64,000 nucleotides of DNA from Candidatus Bathyarchaeota archaeon (GTDB taxonomy: Archaea > Thermoproteota > Bathyarchaeia > Bathyarchaeales > Bathycorpusculaceae), in contig CAWGYA010000006.1 in NCBI GenBank assembly GCA_963826715.1, positions 64,001 through 128,000 on the forward strand. The letters run 5' to 3'. The position numbers and the translations under genes were made by a program. The notes under the pieces are model-generated. The model made no database searches and was not told where the DNA came from. It saw nothing but the letters and a program-made list of their open reading frames with translations. Shown in pieces: positions 63,379-64,000 of the stretch (its first letter is position 1; every line of letters starts with the position of its first letter).

Positions 63379-63709
63379 CCCTGAATTGCACGATTTCCTT
63401 CACCAGTTGAAGCGGAAGCGGATCGTTGAGGGGAAAGCGGATAGTACCTTTGCTGGTTTGATAATTTGAGAGTTTATCTTTGAAGGCTTCCACCCCATTT
63501 GCTGTGGGGAAAAAACCAATGTGATCCTTGAATGCCGCAAAATAAACTAAAATCCCGTTTTGACAATAAGCGGGCATTTGATAGCTGATGGTTTCTTCGG
63601 CTTGCGGTGCAGCTTCACGAACGGCTTGACGCACCTCCCGTAGAGAAACTTGTATGTTTTCTGGGAATGAATCAATATATTCCTCGATAGTTTTGAATTT
63701 TGTTTTCAT
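63353..63709 (-). CDS. DUF1801 (YdhG-like) protein
   Basis: IEEYI, ETISYQMP, FAAFKDHIGF, SKGTIRFP. Confidence 0.9.
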   Translation of the reverse strand: MKTKFKTIEEYIDSFPENIQVSLREVRQAVREAAPQAEETISYQMPAYCQNGILVYFAAFKDHIGFFPTANGVEAFKDKLSNYQTSKGTIRFPLNDPLPLQLVKEIVQFRVKQNLASK

Positions 63710-63766
63710 CTTATCACGCAGAGTAGCATTTAACGAGAATAAAAGAAAACAAAGCAATATAAGATG

Positions 63767-63844
63767 TGGTGGGGCTTCCCGGATTTGAACCGGGGTCTAT
63801 AGCGCCCGAGGCTACAAGCCTAGACCAAGCTAGCCGAAAGCCCC
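63767..63844 (-). tRNA. tRNA-Pro(CGG)
   Basis: Cloverleaf; anticodon arm GTAGC-CT-CGG-GC-GCTAT; encoded CCA. Confidence 0.96.
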
Positions 63845-64000
63845 TCTTGTAATTTTACGGTTTTAGCGGGCGCGTTCTATGTTATTTGTTGGGTTGGCTT
63901 TAACTTTAGCGGTTTAAGCAAGATAAGATTTTGAGTTTCTAAGAATTATATTGGGAATCCAAAAATCTAAACTTATTCACCCTCTCAAAAAGCCGCATCA

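Overview
Archaeal chromosomal segment, most likely Bathyarchaeia: archaeal EF-1alpha, TyrRS, short XPF, a fwdDBAC operon, a double-domain Lrp, NosD/PT-linker surface proteins and an integrase with an FRKRK tail. Housekeeping and metabolic genes (tuf, tyrS, hcp, fwdDBAC-fdhD, mobB, two ABC exporters, three tRNAs) alternate with accessory regions that hold many frameshifted genes. Main unexplained signals: (1) two GC-rich, G-U-rich, multi-stem intergenic elements that look like unannotated structured ncRNAs (about 4430-4683 and 19920-20120, both minus strand); (2) a 5.8-kb decayed integrative element bounded by a 21-bp direct repeat of the 5' end, not the 3' end, of tRNA-His; (3) a second island (about 40.4-49.0 kb) ending in an orphan tRNA 3' fragment, sharing a roughly 100-bp subterminal sequence with island 1 and carrying twin palindromes and a truncated NucC. 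All assignments come from reading motifs by eye; no searches or folding programs were run.
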